Shown: in pieces, positions 18,648 through 28,766 of the stretch
Numbering within the stretch: position 1 is the stretch's first letter
Layout: every line of letters begins with the position of its first letter
DNA from: Spirochaetia bacterium
GTDB taxonomy: Bacteria; Spirochaetota; Spirochaetia; SZUA-6; Bin103
NCBI GenBank assembly: GCA_965199955.1
Contig: CBDATQ010000001.1
Location: 1,664,001-1,728,000 of the forward strand
DNA length: 64,000 nt
Direction of reading: 5' to 3'
Program-made: the position numbers and the translations under genes
The notes under the pieces: generated by a model
Databases searched by the model: none
Seen by the model: the letters and a program-made list of their open reading frames with translations, nothing else
What the model was told of the DNA's origin: nothing

Positions 18648-19868
18648 GTGCCGACGCCGATGGCCGAACCCACCCTGAGCGACGCTCCCGAGAGCGTCGC
18701 CGAAGATGTCGCCAAACAGCGTGCGGTCGGCGTCTTTCGCCGCAAGCAGCTCACCGAGGCCGAGCGGCGTGAGGCGTACTTCACCGCGACCCAGTGGCGG
18801 CTCATCCGGCTGAAGTTCCGCTCGCACCGCTGGGCGATGTGGGGCCTGGGTGTCATCGCCGTCTTCTACTTCGTCGCCATCTTCAACGGCTTCTTCGCCA
18901 TGAACGACCCGATCGAGCGCAACACCGATATCCAGCTCCAGCCGTGGGTGTTCAGCGGCAAGGACGTGTCGTTCAGCCTGTTCGACGAGGAGCGCAACTT
19001 CCGTCCGGTGGTCTACCAGGTGACCAGCAAGCTCGACTTTGAGCTCTTCAAGCGCGTGTACGTGCGCGTGGAGGGGTCGGAGCGGCCGCTGCGGCTGTTC
19101 GTGCGCGGCTATCCCTACAAACTGTTATTCTTCATCGACGCCGACCTGCACCTGCTCGGCACCGGCGACCCGGACGTCCGCTGGTACCCGCTCGGCACCG
19201 ACCAGAGCGGCCGCTGCCTGTACTCGCGCATGGTGCACGGCTCCGTCCTGTCGCTGTCGATCGGCATCATGTCGATCATCATCACCTGGGTGCTGGGCAT
19301 CCTGATCGGGTCCATCGCCGGCTACTTCGGCGGCGTGGTCGACAACGTCATCAACCGCTTCATCGAGGTGCTGATGTCTGTCCCGTCGCTGCCGTTGTGG
19401 ATCGCACTCGCCGCGGCGCTGCCGCTGGAGTGGAGCATCGTCCAGGTCTACTTCTCGATCACGGTGGTCCTGTCGATTCTCGGCTGGACCGGGCTGGCGC
19501 GCACCGTGCGCAGCAAGTTCCTGGCGCTGCGCGAGGAGGAGTACGTGCTGGCGGCCAAGCTGGACGGGGCGCCGCTGCGCCGCCAGTTGTTCCGGCACAT
19601 GCTGCCGGCGTTCGCCAGCCACCTGATCGTCAACGCTTCCAACCTCATTCCTGGGATGATCCTGGGCGAGACGGCGCTCAGCTTCCTGGGCGTCGGGCTG
19701 CGTCCGCCGGCGGTCAGTTGGGGCGTGCTGCTGCAGGGTGCGCAGAACGTTGAGTCGGTCGCGCTCCATCCCTGGCTGCTGCTGCCGGCACTGCTGGTCA
19801 TCTTCAGCGTGGTGGCGTTCCAGTTCATGGGCGACGGCCTGCGCGACGCCGTCGATCCGTACCGGTAG
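18648..19868 (+). CDS. Peptide/nickel-type ABC permease (OppC/DppC-like)
   Basis: PLGTDQSGRCLYSR, LREEEYVLAAKLDGA, GETALSFLGVGL, GDGLRDAVDP. Confidence 0.95.
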   Translation: MPTPMAEPTLSDAPESVAEDVAKQRAVGVFRRKQLTEAERREAYFTATQWRLIRLKFRSHRWAMWGLGVIAVFYFVAIFNGFFAMNDPIERNTDIQLQPWVFSGKDVSFSLFDEERNFRPVVYQVTSKLDFELFKRVYVRVEGSERPLRLFVRGYPYKLLFFIDADLHLLGTGDPDVRWYPLGTDQSGRCLYSRMVHGSVLSLSIGIMSIIITWVLGILIGSIAGYFGGVVDNVINRFIEVLMSVPSLPLWIALAAALPLEWSIVQVYFSITVVLSILGWTGLARTVRSKFLALREEEYVLAAKLDGAPLRRQLFRHMLPAFASHLIVNASNLIPGMILGETALSFLGVGLRPPAVSWGVLLQGAQNVESVALHPWLLLPALLVIFSVVAFQFMGDGLRDAVDPYR

Positions 19869-19882
19869 GTCGGGGGACGGAC

Positions 19883-20878
19883 ATGCTGGGGTACATCATC
19901 CGCCGGGTCGCGATCATGATCCCGACGCTGATCCTGATCTCCATGCTCTCCTTCCTCGTGGTGGAGCTGCCTCCCGGAGACATGGCCAGCGCCTACGTGT
20001 CCCGGCTGGAGCGCATGGGCGAGGAGTTCCGCGGCGACGCGACCGAGATGCTGGAGGCGCTGCGGCGGCGCTTCGGCTACGGCGAGCCGGTTCACGTGCG
20101 CTACGTGAAGTGGGCGCGCGACTTTCTGCGCGGAAGCTGGGGGCACTCCTTCTACTGGGACCTGCCGGTGCGCGCGGTGATCCAGGATCGCATCCTGACG
20201 ACGGTCGCGATCGCGTTCCTGACCATGCTGATCGGCACAGCCGTGAGCTGGCCGGCAGGGGTGGGCGCCGCGATCCGCCAGTACTCCCTGTTCGACAACG
20301 TGTTCAGCTTCATCGCCTTCTTCATGATGGCGGTGCCCAACTTCCTGTTCGCCCTGGTGCTGATGTACCTGTCGTTCGAGCTGATCGACTTCGTGCCGGG
20401 CGGACTGTTCTCGGCCGACATGATCGACCAGCCCTGGAGTTGGAAGAAGTTCCTGGACCTGCTGGCGCACCTCTGGATGCCGCTGGTAATCCTGGGCTTC
20501 GAGTCGATCGGCGGTGGGGTGCGCACCATCCGCGCCAACGTGCTGGACCAGGTTCGCCAGCCCTACGTGACCACCGCGCGCGCCAAGGGCGTGCCGGAGA
20601 CGCGGCTGTTGATCAAGTACCCGATCCGGATGGCGGCCAACCCGTGGATCTCCAGCATCGGCTGGCTGCTGCCGGCCCTGCTGAGCGGCGAGGTGCTGGT
20701 GTCGACCGTCCTGAACATACCCACCATCGGCCCGCTGATGCTGCAGGGGGCGATGAACCAGGACACGCAGGTGGCGGGCGCCATCGTCATGCTGCTGTCG
20801 ACGCTGACCGTGATCGGCACGCTGATCTCCGACCTGCTGCTCGGCGTGCTCGACCCCCGCATTCGGGTCGCCGAGTAA
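19883..20878 (+). CDS. Peptide/nickel-type ABC permease (OppB/DppB-like)
   Basis: ELPPGD, YVTTARAKGVPE, ISDLLLGVLDPRIR. Confidence 0.95.
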   Translation: MLGYIIRRVAIMIPTLILISMLSFLVVELPPGDMASAYVSRLERMGEEFRGDATEMLEALRRRFGYGEPVHVRYVKWARDFLRGSWGHSFYWDLPVRAVIQDRILTTVAIAFLTMLIGTAVSWPAGVGAAIRQYSLFDNVFSFIAFFMMAVPNFLFALVLMYLSFELIDFVPGGLFSADMIDQPWSWKKFLDLLAHLWMPLVILGFESIGGGVRTIRANVLDQVRQPYVTTARAKGVPETRLLIKYPIRMAANPWISSIGWLLPALLSGEVLVSTVLNIPTIGPLMLQGAMNQDTQVAGAIVMLLSTLTVIGTLISDLLLGVLDPRIRVAE

Positions 20879-20967
20879 GGGGGCAGCCGATCCGAGGGGT
20901 TGCCGCCGGGCGTCGATTCTGATTGGATCACGCAATCTAACATCCAATCGGGAGAGAGGAGAGAATC

Positions 20968-22845
20968 GTGCAAAGAGCCACAGCACTGATGGTGGCCGGG
21001 CTGCTGATCGTCGGCGGCGGCACCGCCATCGGACAATACAAGGAAGCGCCTTGGCATGCCGAGCAGGTCGCCCGCGGCGAGCTGCCGCCGGTGGAGGAAC
21101 GGCTGCCGAACGAGCCGTTCGTGTACGTGAACGGCGGCGACATGCGCATGGTCGAGGTCGGCCGCTACACTGACGCTTGGTCGACCGGCGACTCGCCGGA
21201 CCAGGCCAACATCCAGGGACCGACCGACTACACGTTGCCCCTGACGCGCGAGAACAACCCGTACGGGCTGCAGGGCATGGAGTCGAGCGACGACTTCACG
21301 GTCTGGACGTTCTACTTCCGCGAGGGCATGAAGTTCTCCGACGGGTCGCCGTTCACCGTGCATGACGTGCTGTTCTGGTGGAACGACCTGCAGCTCAACG
21401 ACCTGTACATGGAGGCCATAGGGGCCGCGGCCCCGCATCAGGGCATCATGCCGGGATCGGTGGTGGAGGCGATCGACGACTACACCATGCGCGTCACGCT
21501 GCAAGAACCGTCCCCGAACTACCACCTGATCCTGACCGGGGATCGCGCCGAGCGCCACTTCCTGGCGCAGAGCAAGGCGTATCTCAGCCAGTTCCACCCG
21601 GACTACACCGACGCGGCCACCCTGGCGGCCCGCGTGGCGGAGTCGCCGTTCGAGAATTGGCAGAAGTTGCTGGACTGGGCACGGGACGGGACGATCAACG
21701 CCAATCCGGACGCGCCTCAGCTTGCGCCGTTCGTCGTGCACACGCCGCCGCCGGCAGATCCCACCGAGTACATCGCCAACCCGTACTGGTGGGCGGTCGA
21801 CGAGGCCAATCAGCAGCTTCCCTACATCCGCGGAAACCGCGTGTTCCTGGTCGCGGACGCGGAGGCGCGCAAGCTGCGCGCGCTGCAGGGACAGAGCTGG
21901 ATCGCGACCGTCCCGCTGGACAGCCTGGAGTTGGCCAAGCGCGCGCATGACGAAGGCAAGGTGCGCATGGAGCTGGTGGCGCGTCCCGGCGCCGCCTACA
22001 GCTCGAACCTGACCTTCTTCAACATGGACACGAAGGACGAGTTCAAGCGCAACCTGTTCCGGGACAAGCGGTTCCGGCAGGCGTGGTCGTACTTCGTCCC
22101 GCGCCAGAAGCTCAACGACATCCTGTACGCCGGCCAGGCGCCCCTCAAGGTGCAGGGCATCATCAAGCCGGACCACCCGTGGTTCGTGCCGGAAGCGCTG
22201 TCGACGCCGCTGCTCAACAACGACTTGGACGCGGCCAACCAGCTCCTGGACGAGATCGGGCTGACCAACAAGGATGACGACGGGTTCCGGCTGGGGCCGG
22301 ACGGCAAGCCGATCACCTTCCTGATCACCACCGAGCCGCACGCCGGCGAGTGGGAGATCGCCGGACAGTTGCTGGCCGAGGAGCTGCCGAAGATCGGCCT
22401 GATGGGCAACCACCGCGTCGTCGGCTGGGAGCAGTCCGGCGACTTCGCGGCCACCAACGAGTGGGAGATCTGGCAGCAGCAGAGCGCCGACGCCTGGGAC
22501 AACCAGGTGCCGGACCGCCTGTCGAGCGCCTCTCCGTCCTCGAACTTCGGCCGCCCGTGGGCGAAGGGCTGGCAGGCGTGGCTGCGCACCGACGGCGCCG
22601 AGGGCGAGGAGCCGCCGCAGCGCATCAAGGACAACCACGAGGTGTGGAAGCAGATCCAGGCCGCCGCCACCGCCGAGGAGCTGGGGGAGGCGTACAAGGA
22701 ATGGCAGCGCCGCGCGATCGAGGACGTCTGGTCGGTTGGCTGGACGGCGTTCGCGCCGCGCATCTTCCTGGTGAACCCCAAGCTGGGCAACTTCAACGCC
22801 AGGTGGAACGTCGCCCCGAAGCCCGCGGTCTTCCTGAAGGAGTAG
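20968..22845 (+). CDS. ABC substrate-binding protein, family 5
   Basis: Signal peptide, LPPVEERLP, REGMKFSDGSPFTVHDVLFWW, NPYWWAVD..QLPYI; GAGGAG RBS. Confidence 0.92.
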   Translation: MQRATALMVAGLLIVGGGTAIGQYKEAPWHAEQVARGELPPVEERLPNEPFVYVNGGDMRMVEVGRYTDAWSTGDSPDQANIQGPTDYTLPLTRENNPYGLQGMESSDDFTVWTFYFREGMKFSDGSPFTVHDVLFWWNDLQLNDLYMEAIGAAAPHQGIMPGSVVEAIDDYTMRVTLQEPSPNYHLILTGDRAERHFLAQSKAYLSQFHPDYTDAATLAARVAESPFENWQKLLDWARDGTINANPDAPQLAPFVVHTPPPADPTEYIANPYWWAVDEANQQLPYIRGNRVFLVADAEARKLRALQGQSWIATVPLDSLELAKRAHDEGKVRMELVARPGAAYSSNLTFFNMDTKDEFKRNLFRDKRFRQAWSYFVPRQKLNDILYAGQAPLKVQGIIKPDHPWFVPEALSTPLLNNDLDAANQLLDEIGLTNKDDDGFRLGPDGKPITFLITTEPHAGEWEIAGQLLAEELPKIGLMGNHRVVGWEQSGDFAATNEWEIWQQQSADAWDNQVPDRLSSASPSSNFGRPWAKGWQAWLRTDGAEGEEPPQRIKDNHEVWKQIQAAATAEELGEAYKEWQRRAIEDVWSVGWTAFAPRIFLVNPKLGNFNARWNVAPKPAVFLKE

Positions 22846-22868
22846 CCGGGCGGGGCCGCTTTCAAGCG

Positions 22869-22919
22869 GTACGTGATGCAGGAGGCCGCACCCTGACAGG
22901 GTGCGGCCTCTTCACGTAC
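22869..22919. terminator. Long hairpin between convergent genes
   Basis: GAGGCCGCACCCTG-A-CAGGGTGCGGCCTC (22882-22910), extended by GTACGTGA/TCACGTAC. Confidence 0.75.
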
Positions 22920-22931
22920 GGGGCCTCGGAT

Positions 22932-23714
22932 TCAGATTGCGCGAAGCGCGGGGGACCAGTGCTCCCACATGTCTGCACACGGCGGCTGGCCTTGCACCTC
23001 TTCCAGGTCCCGCTTCTTGTAGTCGTAGAGGACGGCTTGGCGGATGCGGCCGGTGTAGTTGTGGCCCGCCATGTGGCCCAGCCGGTGGTGCCAGAAGACG
23101 ATGTCGCCGGCCTCGCCGTGACAGTCGACGGGGCCGTCCAGGTTGACCTCGTCCAGGACCTTTTCCTGCGCCGGGGTGGTGTCGCTCTGGTAGCCGGTCG
23201 TGAACGTGTGATAGAAGCGCCGGTGGCTGCCGGGCCACACGCAGAAGCCGCCGCCGTCGGGGCCCACGTCGTCGATGTAGCCGACCACCCCCAAGTGGAA
23301 CGCGTGGCCGTCGCAGTGGCAGCCGACCGGCGGACGCGGCCGGTCGCCGAACGGCAGCGTGCAGTAGATGCCGCGGATGCGGTCGGGCTCCTGCAGCTCG
23401 CCGGGTCCGAGCATCTGCTCCGCCATGGCGAAGATCGCCGGATCGGTGGCTAGCATGCGGATGATCCAGGGCTCGGAGCCGATGCGCCGGTACTGCCAGC
23501 GGTACTCCTTGCGGTGGTTGTCCGGATCGGGCGAATGGTCCGCTTCCGGCAGCGGCCCCACCCAGGTTCGCGGGTCGTCGGGCTTCAGCGACGACGGCGG
23601 ATCGTCCCACAGGCGGCGGCGCGCCTCAGCCATCAGGCCTGGGTCCATCACCTTGCGCTTGATCAGGTACCCGTTGCGCTTGAAGAAGCGCAGTTCCTCG
23701 GTGGAGAGCGCCAT
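22932..23714 (-). CDS. Phytanoyl-CoA dioxygenase (PhyH) family protein
   Basis: FFKRNGYLI, HCDG, GGGFCVWPGSH, AGDIVFWH..H. Confidence 0.85.
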   Translation of the reverse strand: MALSTEELRFFKRNGYLIKRKVMDPGLMAEARRRLWDDPPSSLKPDDPRTWVGPLPEADHSPDPDNHRKEYRWQYRRIGSEPWIIRMLATDPAIFAMAEQMLGPGELQEPDRIRGIYCTLPFGDRPRPPVGCHCDGHAFHLGVVGYIDDVGPDGGGFCVWPGSHRRFYHTFTTGYQSDTTPAQEKVLDEVNLDGPVDCHGEAGDIVFWHHRLGHMAGHNYTGRIRQAVLYDYKKRDLEEVQGQPPCADMWEHWSPALRAI

Positions 23715-23807
23715 CCTTCCGCAGCGTACCGGGTCCGCCGCGCCACGACAACGGGACGTGTGACGGCCTGCTTGCGGCCCGGACGCGGAGCCGACACAGT
23801 CGGGGCC

Positions 23808-25364
23808 ATGGCGAAGCAGCAGACACCCGACTACGCCCAGGGCGAGGCGGCGGCGATCGCCCGCGACCTGTCCACCCAGGAATGGGTGCCGTTCATCGAC
23901 TGGTCTCAGACCCACCCGGGCAACCGCGGCGTCAACCGCCAGGGCCGCTACGAGCTGTACGACGCGCCGATCGGCGTGCGCATCGGCGTCGAGCAGGCAC
24001 GGAAGAGCGAGCCGGCGCTGACCTCCAACGACCGCTGGGAAGGAGGCGGCAACATGGTGCCGCTACGCGTCTGGCGCGACGGCGACGCCTACAAGATGCT
24101 GTACGCCGCCTACGCGCACCGCAGTGACGACAAGAACCCCGGCCTGGGCGGCGGTCACCACCTGTGCTACGCCGAGAGTGCTGACGGCTACCATTGGCAG
24201 CGCCCGGAGCTGGATCAGGTCGAGTGGCAGGGCTCGCGCGCCAACAACATCATCGCCAATCCCCCCACCGGCACGCCGTTCGAGGATCCCCGCGGCGCCC
24301 CGGAGGAGCGCTTCAAGGCGATCGGCCAGGTGGGCGCCAGCATCGATCCGGACACCGGCGAGAAGCTGGACACGGTGGAGGCGTACAAGCGCTGGCGGCG
24401 GCAGGAATACGAGGGAGACGCTTACAGTGGGCCACGCGCGGAGTCCCGCCACTGGGTCGAGGGGTGGACCTCTCCGGACGGCGTTCGCTGGACCTCGGTC
24501 GGTCGCGTCGGCGACATGAGCTCCGACGGCGGCAGCGCGGCGCAGTACGACGAGGAGACCGGTGGCTACTACGCCTACATCCGTGTCGGCGGCATGGGAC
24601 GGCGCGCCACCGGGCTGACCCGGACGGACGACTTCTGGCACTGGCCGCCCGCGTCGCTGGTGCTGGCGCCCGACCCGCAGGACGATCCGGACCTCTCCTT
24701 CTACGGCTGCTCGTACTTCCGCTATCCCGGCAACCCCGACCTGCACTGCGCGTTCGTGGAGACCTATCACCAGGTCGGCGATTACAACGACGCGCAGATC
24801 GCCTTCAGCCGCGACATGACGCACTGGTTTCGTCCCGACCGCAGCCCGATCATCCCGTGCGGCGAGCCCGGCAGCCCCGACTCGGGCGGTGCGCGGCCGT
24901 GGGGCGGCCTGATCGAGTTGCCCGACGGCTACTGGGCGACCATGTACCGCGGCCACGTCGGCCTGCACAACTACCGCGCCTCGGACCCGGAGATCCCGCA
25001 CCGCCCGGGCGTGCTGCAGCTCGCCCGCTGGCTCCCGCACCGCTTCTGCGGCGTGGAGGCGGAGATGGAGGGGCGCTTCACCATCCCGACGGTCAAGCGC
25101 GGCCGCGACGCGCTGCGGCTCAACTACCGCTGCGCGCCCGGCGGCCACATCCAGGTGGAGCTGATCCGCACGGTGCCGTCGCGGATCCACCCGGACGCCG
25201 ACGCGATCCCCGGCTTCAGCTTCGCGGACTGCGACCTGCTGTCAGGCGATCACCTGGACCGGCCGGTGTCGTGGCGCGGCAGCACCGACTTGAGCGCGGC
25301 CGGCGGCGAGATCGCGGTGCGGCTGCGGATGTTCCAGGCGAAGGTGTTCGCGTATTCGGCCTGA
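23808..25364 (+). CDS. Hypothetical five-bladed beta-propeller glycoside-hydrolase-like protein
   Basis: CYAESADGYHWQRPEL, TSPDGVRW, AFSRDMTHW boxes, C-terminal beta-sandwich. Confidence 0.6.
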   Translation: MAKQQTPDYAQGEAAAIARDLSTQEWVPFIDWSQTHPGNRGVNRQGRYELYDAPIGVRIGVEQARKSEPALTSNDRWEGGGNMVPLRVWRDGDAYKMLYAAYAHRSDDKNPGLGGGHHLCYAESADGYHWQRPELDQVEWQGSRANNIIANPPTGTPFEDPRGAPEERFKAIGQVGASIDPDTGEKLDTVEAYKRWRRQEYEGDAYSGPRAESRHWVEGWTSPDGVRWTSVGRVGDMSSDGGSAAQYDEETGGYYAYIRVGGMGRRATGLTRTDDFWHWPPASLVLAPDPQDDPDLSFYGCSYFRYPGNPDLHCAFVETYHQVGDYNDAQIAFSRDMTHWFRPDRSPIIPCGEPGSPDSGGARPWGGLIELPDGYWATMYRGHVGLHNYRASDPEIPHRPGVLQLARWLPHRFCGVEAEMEGRFTIPTVKRGRDALRLNYRCAPGGHIQVELIRTVPSRIHPDADAIPGFSFADCDLLSGDHLDRPVSWRGSTDLSAAGGEIAVRLRMFQAKVFAYSA

Positions 25365-25379
25365 GTAGCCGATCGCGGC

Positions 25380-28313
25380 TCAGCGCTCGGCGGGCCGCGG
25401 CCGCTCCGCGGCTGTCTCGTGGCAGCGGCTTTCGGCGGGGAGGGTGGAACAGGCCGAGCCCTCCACCAGGCGCAGGCGCTGCCCCGCCGGCTGGCCGTGC
25501 CAGCGCACGACGCCGCCGGCCGGCCAGAAGACCTCGACCACGTCGGCCTGGTTCGCGCCGCCGAGCCCGAAGTGGACGGCGAGCGAGTTCTGCGAGTGGC
25601 CGCTCGATCCGCCCTTCACCTGCCGCATCTGCATCCGATCGCCCGCGTGCACCTTGATCACGGCGCCGATCGCGCTGCGGTTGCTGTCCGTCCCGACCAG
25701 GTCGAGCTGCAGCGCCCCGCCGTGCAGCTCGGTGTCGTTGCGGAAGAGCTGCAGCGAGCCCGCCTGGTTGACGACCGCAACGTCCATGTCGCCGTCGCGG
25801 TCGTAGTCGGCGACCGCGCTGCCGCGGCCGTCGGGGATGCGCACGCCGGCCTGGCGGGCGACGTTCCGGAAGGTGCCGTCGCCGTCGTTGGAGAAGAACA
25901 GGTCGAGTCGCGAGCCGGCCATGGTGACTACGAACAGGTCCTCGTCGCGGTCGTGGTCGGCGTCGAGGAAGTTAACGCCCCAGGAGTCGTCGCCGGTCAC
26001 GCCGGCGCGCTCCGCGGAGTTGTCCGCGTACGAGCCGCGCGGCTTGCCGAGGTAGAGGACATTCCCCCATGGCTCGTCCTCCAGGGGTGTGCCGCCGCTC
26101 TTCAGGTCGGAGATGTAGAGGTCCCAGGTGCCGTTCCCGTCGACGTCGGCGACGTCGATGCCCATGCCGGCCTGCGCGTCGTCGCCGATCCAGTACCAGT
26201 CGCGGAACACCTGCGTGAACGAGCCCTCCGCGTTGCGGAAAATCTGGTCCAGGTGGCTCGACCGGTTGGCGTTGTCGCCGGCCACGTTGACCACGTACAG
26301 GTCTGGCCACAAGTCGGCGTCGAGGTGGGCGCCAAGCACCAGGAAGGCAGCCCGCCAGGCGGTGATGCCCTGATAGAGGCCGGTAGCGGTGGTCGCATCG
26401 GCGAACGTCCCGTCACAGAGGTTGCGGAACAGGCGGTCGCGGTTGGCCTGCGTCCCGGGGGAGTTGATCACCAGATGGGAGACGTACAGGTCGACGCAGC
26501 CGTCGCGGTCGTAGTCCAGCCACGACGCCGCCTTGGAGCGGTGGCCGGGCAGCGGCCCGTACGGGGTGGCGGCCAGGTCGTCGACCCCGGCGGCGGCTGC
26601 GACCTCCTCGAACAACGGCCAGCGCGCGGGAATGCGGCCCCCGTGCTCGACCAGCAGGTTGCGGAGCAGGAGGTTGGGCGGGCCGTCCGGGAGGTTGTCG
26701 CCATGCAGCGCCCACTGGGTGTTGTCCGTGTAGATGTAAATGTCGGGGTCGCCGTCGTTGTCGTAGTCGGCGAAGACGGAGCCCGACATCTCGTAGGCCG
26801 GCAGCTCGGGAATCAGGTGGTGCGCCGCCTCGAAGCGCCCGCCGCCCAGGTTGCGGTACAGCCGCGGCGGGTAGCCGGGGTCGCCTCCCACCGCGAACAG
26901 GTCGGGCCAGCCGTCGTCATCGACGTCGATCCAGTTCACGCCCAGGCTGTGCGTGGAGCTGGAGAAGAACCGATCGGCGCCGACGCCGGCCGCGGCGGCG
27001 ACGTCCGTGAACCGAATGGGCGTGTCCCCCACCACGGCCGGGGCCGGGGCGGTGCGTTCGACGTGTGTCATCGCTGTCGTGGCGGATAGGCGCAGAGCCG
27101 GCTCCTCCTTCGGCAGGAGCCGGCTCGCTCCCAGCACGGCAAGGCCGCCGGCCATCGCGATCGCCCAGGTGCCCAGTGCATAGGTGCCGATCCCTCTCCA
27201 GCGCAGCGCCCTGGTCAGGCCCCAGAAGGTAATCGGACCGCCGGCCGCTGCCGCGAACAGCAGCGTCGCCGCCGGGGCGCTGCCGGCGCCGAGCAGCAGC
27301 AGCAACGCGACCAGCGGGATCTCGAACAGAAGCGGCACGTTGATCAGCACGCCGAGCGTGGCCGCGACGGCGATGCCGGTGACGCTGTCGCCCAGGAAGG
27401 TTTCGACGGTTTCCGGCTGCAGGAACTGAATCGCCGCGCCGCTCGCGAACCCGGCGACCACCATGATCGGCCCCATGCGGACCAGCAGGCGCCCGGTCGC
27501 ACGCGCCCAGCGCGGCAGCCCTTCACGTAACTCTCCGGCCCAGCCCAGGTTCGGCTCGGCTGCGTCCGGCGGGCTCAGGTCACAGGCTTCCGGCTCCGTG
27601 GAGTGGCCCGCCACCCGTACCACCAGCGGGCCGAGCAGAAAGGCGGCGGCCAGCCCCAGCAGCACGCGGCTGGCGCCCAGCAGCGGCGAGAACACGGCCG
27701 CGATCATCAGCAGCGACGGTACGTTGAGAGTTGCCGAGCCGTGCACGAGCGCCAGGGCTCCCTCGATCCCCAGCCCGCGTCGGCGGACGGCGCTGGACAC
27801 CGGGACGATGCAGGCCGAGCAGAGGTTCACCACCGGCCCGAGACCCAGGCCCTTGAGGATGCGCCCCACGGGCCCGGAGGCCTGCCGGCGCGAAGCTCCG
27901 GGTGGTGCCAGGAACGCCTCGGCGATGCCGCCGGCCAGGAAGGCGAAGGCCATGCCGATGGCGACGAGCTGCAGGTAGGTCAGGGAGAAGCGCCACCAGC
28001 GGGTGAGGAAGCCCGACTGCGGCTCCGCCTCCACGCAGAAGCCCTGGAAGCACTCCGCCGTCGGAGCCAGCGCCGCCTGCAGGTCGGCGCGTACGGTGTC
28101 GAGCTTGGGCAGGCGGTTGAACGCGGCGAACGGCAGCAGGATGGCCAGCAGCAGGACCACCCCGATGACGCGGCGCTTGCCCGCTGCCGTCGCCAGGGCA
28201 GCGCGGACGCCACCGACGATCGGCACCCGCCGTGCGCCGGTCATCCAGCCGACGGGCGGCACGGTCGCGAGCTTCCGCCACATGGCTCCCTGAGCGTAGT
28301 CGAATGCAGCCAT
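25380..28313 (-). CDS. Fusion of an ArsP/DUF318-type permease with FG-GAP repeats and an ASPIC/UnbV domain (CRTAC1-like)
   Basis: N-terminal half is multi-TM with NLCSACIVPV; C-terminal half has repeated D.D.DG..DL motifs and SNRSAIGAVI..VHFGLG..VEVFWP. Confidence 0.8.
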   Translation of the reverse strand: MAAFDYAQGAMWRKLATVPPVGWMTGARRVPIVGGVRAALATAAGKRRVIGVVLLLAILLPFAAFNRLPKLDTVRADLQAALAPTAECFQGFCVEAEPQSGFLTRWWRFSLTYLQLVAIGMAFAFLAGGIAEAFLAPPGASRRQASGPVGRILKGLGLGPVVNLCSACIVPVSSAVRRRGLGIEGALALVHGSATLNVPSLLMIAAVFSPLLGASRVLLGLAAAFLLGPLVVRVAGHSTEPEACDLSPPDAAEPNLGWAGELREGLPRWARATGRLLVRMGPIMVVAGFASGAAIQFLQPETVETFLGDSVTGIAVAATLGVLINVPLLFEIPLVALLLLLGAGSAPAATLLFAAAAGGPITFWGLTRALRWRGIGTYALGTWAIAMAGGLAVLGASRLLPKEEPALRLSATTAMTHVERTAPAPAVVGDTPIRFTDVAAAAGVGADRFFSSSTHSLGVNWIDVDDDGWPDLFAVGGDPGYPPRLYRNLGGGRFEAAHHLIPELPAYEMSGSVFADYDNDGDPDIYIYTDNTQWALHGDNLPDGPPNLLLRNLLVEHGGRIPARWPLFEEVAAAAGVDDLAATPYGPLPGHRSKAASWLDYDRDGCVDLYVSHLVINSPGTQANRDRLFRNLCDGTFADATTATGLYQGITAWRAAFLVLGAHLDADLWPDLYVVNVAGDNANRSSHLDQIFRNAEGSFTQVFRDWYWIGDDAQAGMGIDVADVDGNGTWDLYISDLKSGGTPLEDEPWGNVLYLGKPRGSYADNSAERAGVTGDDSWGVNFLDADHDRDEDLFVVTMAGSRLDLFFSNDGDGTFRNVARQAGVRIPDGRGSAVADYDRDGDMDVAVVNQAGSLQLFRNDTELHGGALQLDLVGTDSNRSAIGAVIKVHAGDRMQMRQVKGGSSGHSQNSLAVHFGLGGANQADVVEVFWPAGGVVRWHGQPAGQRLRLVEGSACSTLPAESRCHETAAERPRPAER

Positions 28314-28460
28314 CGGTCGCCAGAGCGGGAAGTTCAGGGCCGGTCCGACTCATGCGACTGGATCTCGTCCCACATCGGGCTCGGACTCCACGCAAGCGTG
28401 ATCGCGAAGTACGGAGTGCGGACGCTGGCTACGTGAGCTGCTAGTTAGTACGGTGTACGT

Positions 28461-28766
28461 ATGACGCGCAAACTGGTGCGGGTGGGTAACAGCATCGCGG
28501 TGACCTTGCCTCACGAGCTGGTCAAGGAGTTCGCGTTGCAGGCCGGGATGGAGGTGGATGCGACCGTCGACCCACGGGACGGGAGTTTCGTCGTCCGCAC
28601 CGGCGTCAAGTTCTTCGACGCGGGCCAGGCGTCGCCCCGTTTCAGGAAAATGGTCGACCAACTCGTCCAGGAGCGTCGCGAGCTGTATGAACGTCTCGCC
28701 GCTGGCGCGGATCCCGACGACAGCACTCCTGCCCCCGACACCGCTGATGATCGAGTATCTGAGTGA
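28461..28766 (+). CDS. AbrB/MazE-type antitoxin (Doc-associated)
   Basis: MTRKLVRVGNSIAVTLP..RRELYERLA. Confidence 0.85.
   Translation: MTRKLVRVGNSIAVTLPHELVKEFALQAGMEVDATVDPRDGSFVVRTGVKFFDAGQASPRFRKMVDQLVQERRELYERLAAGADPDDSTPAPDTADDRVSE

Noticed and set aside
20563..22638. 691-aa minus-strand ORF and similar long Arg/Ala/Gly-rich ORFs
   Set aside because: Shadows of well-supported genes on the opposite strand or in another frame
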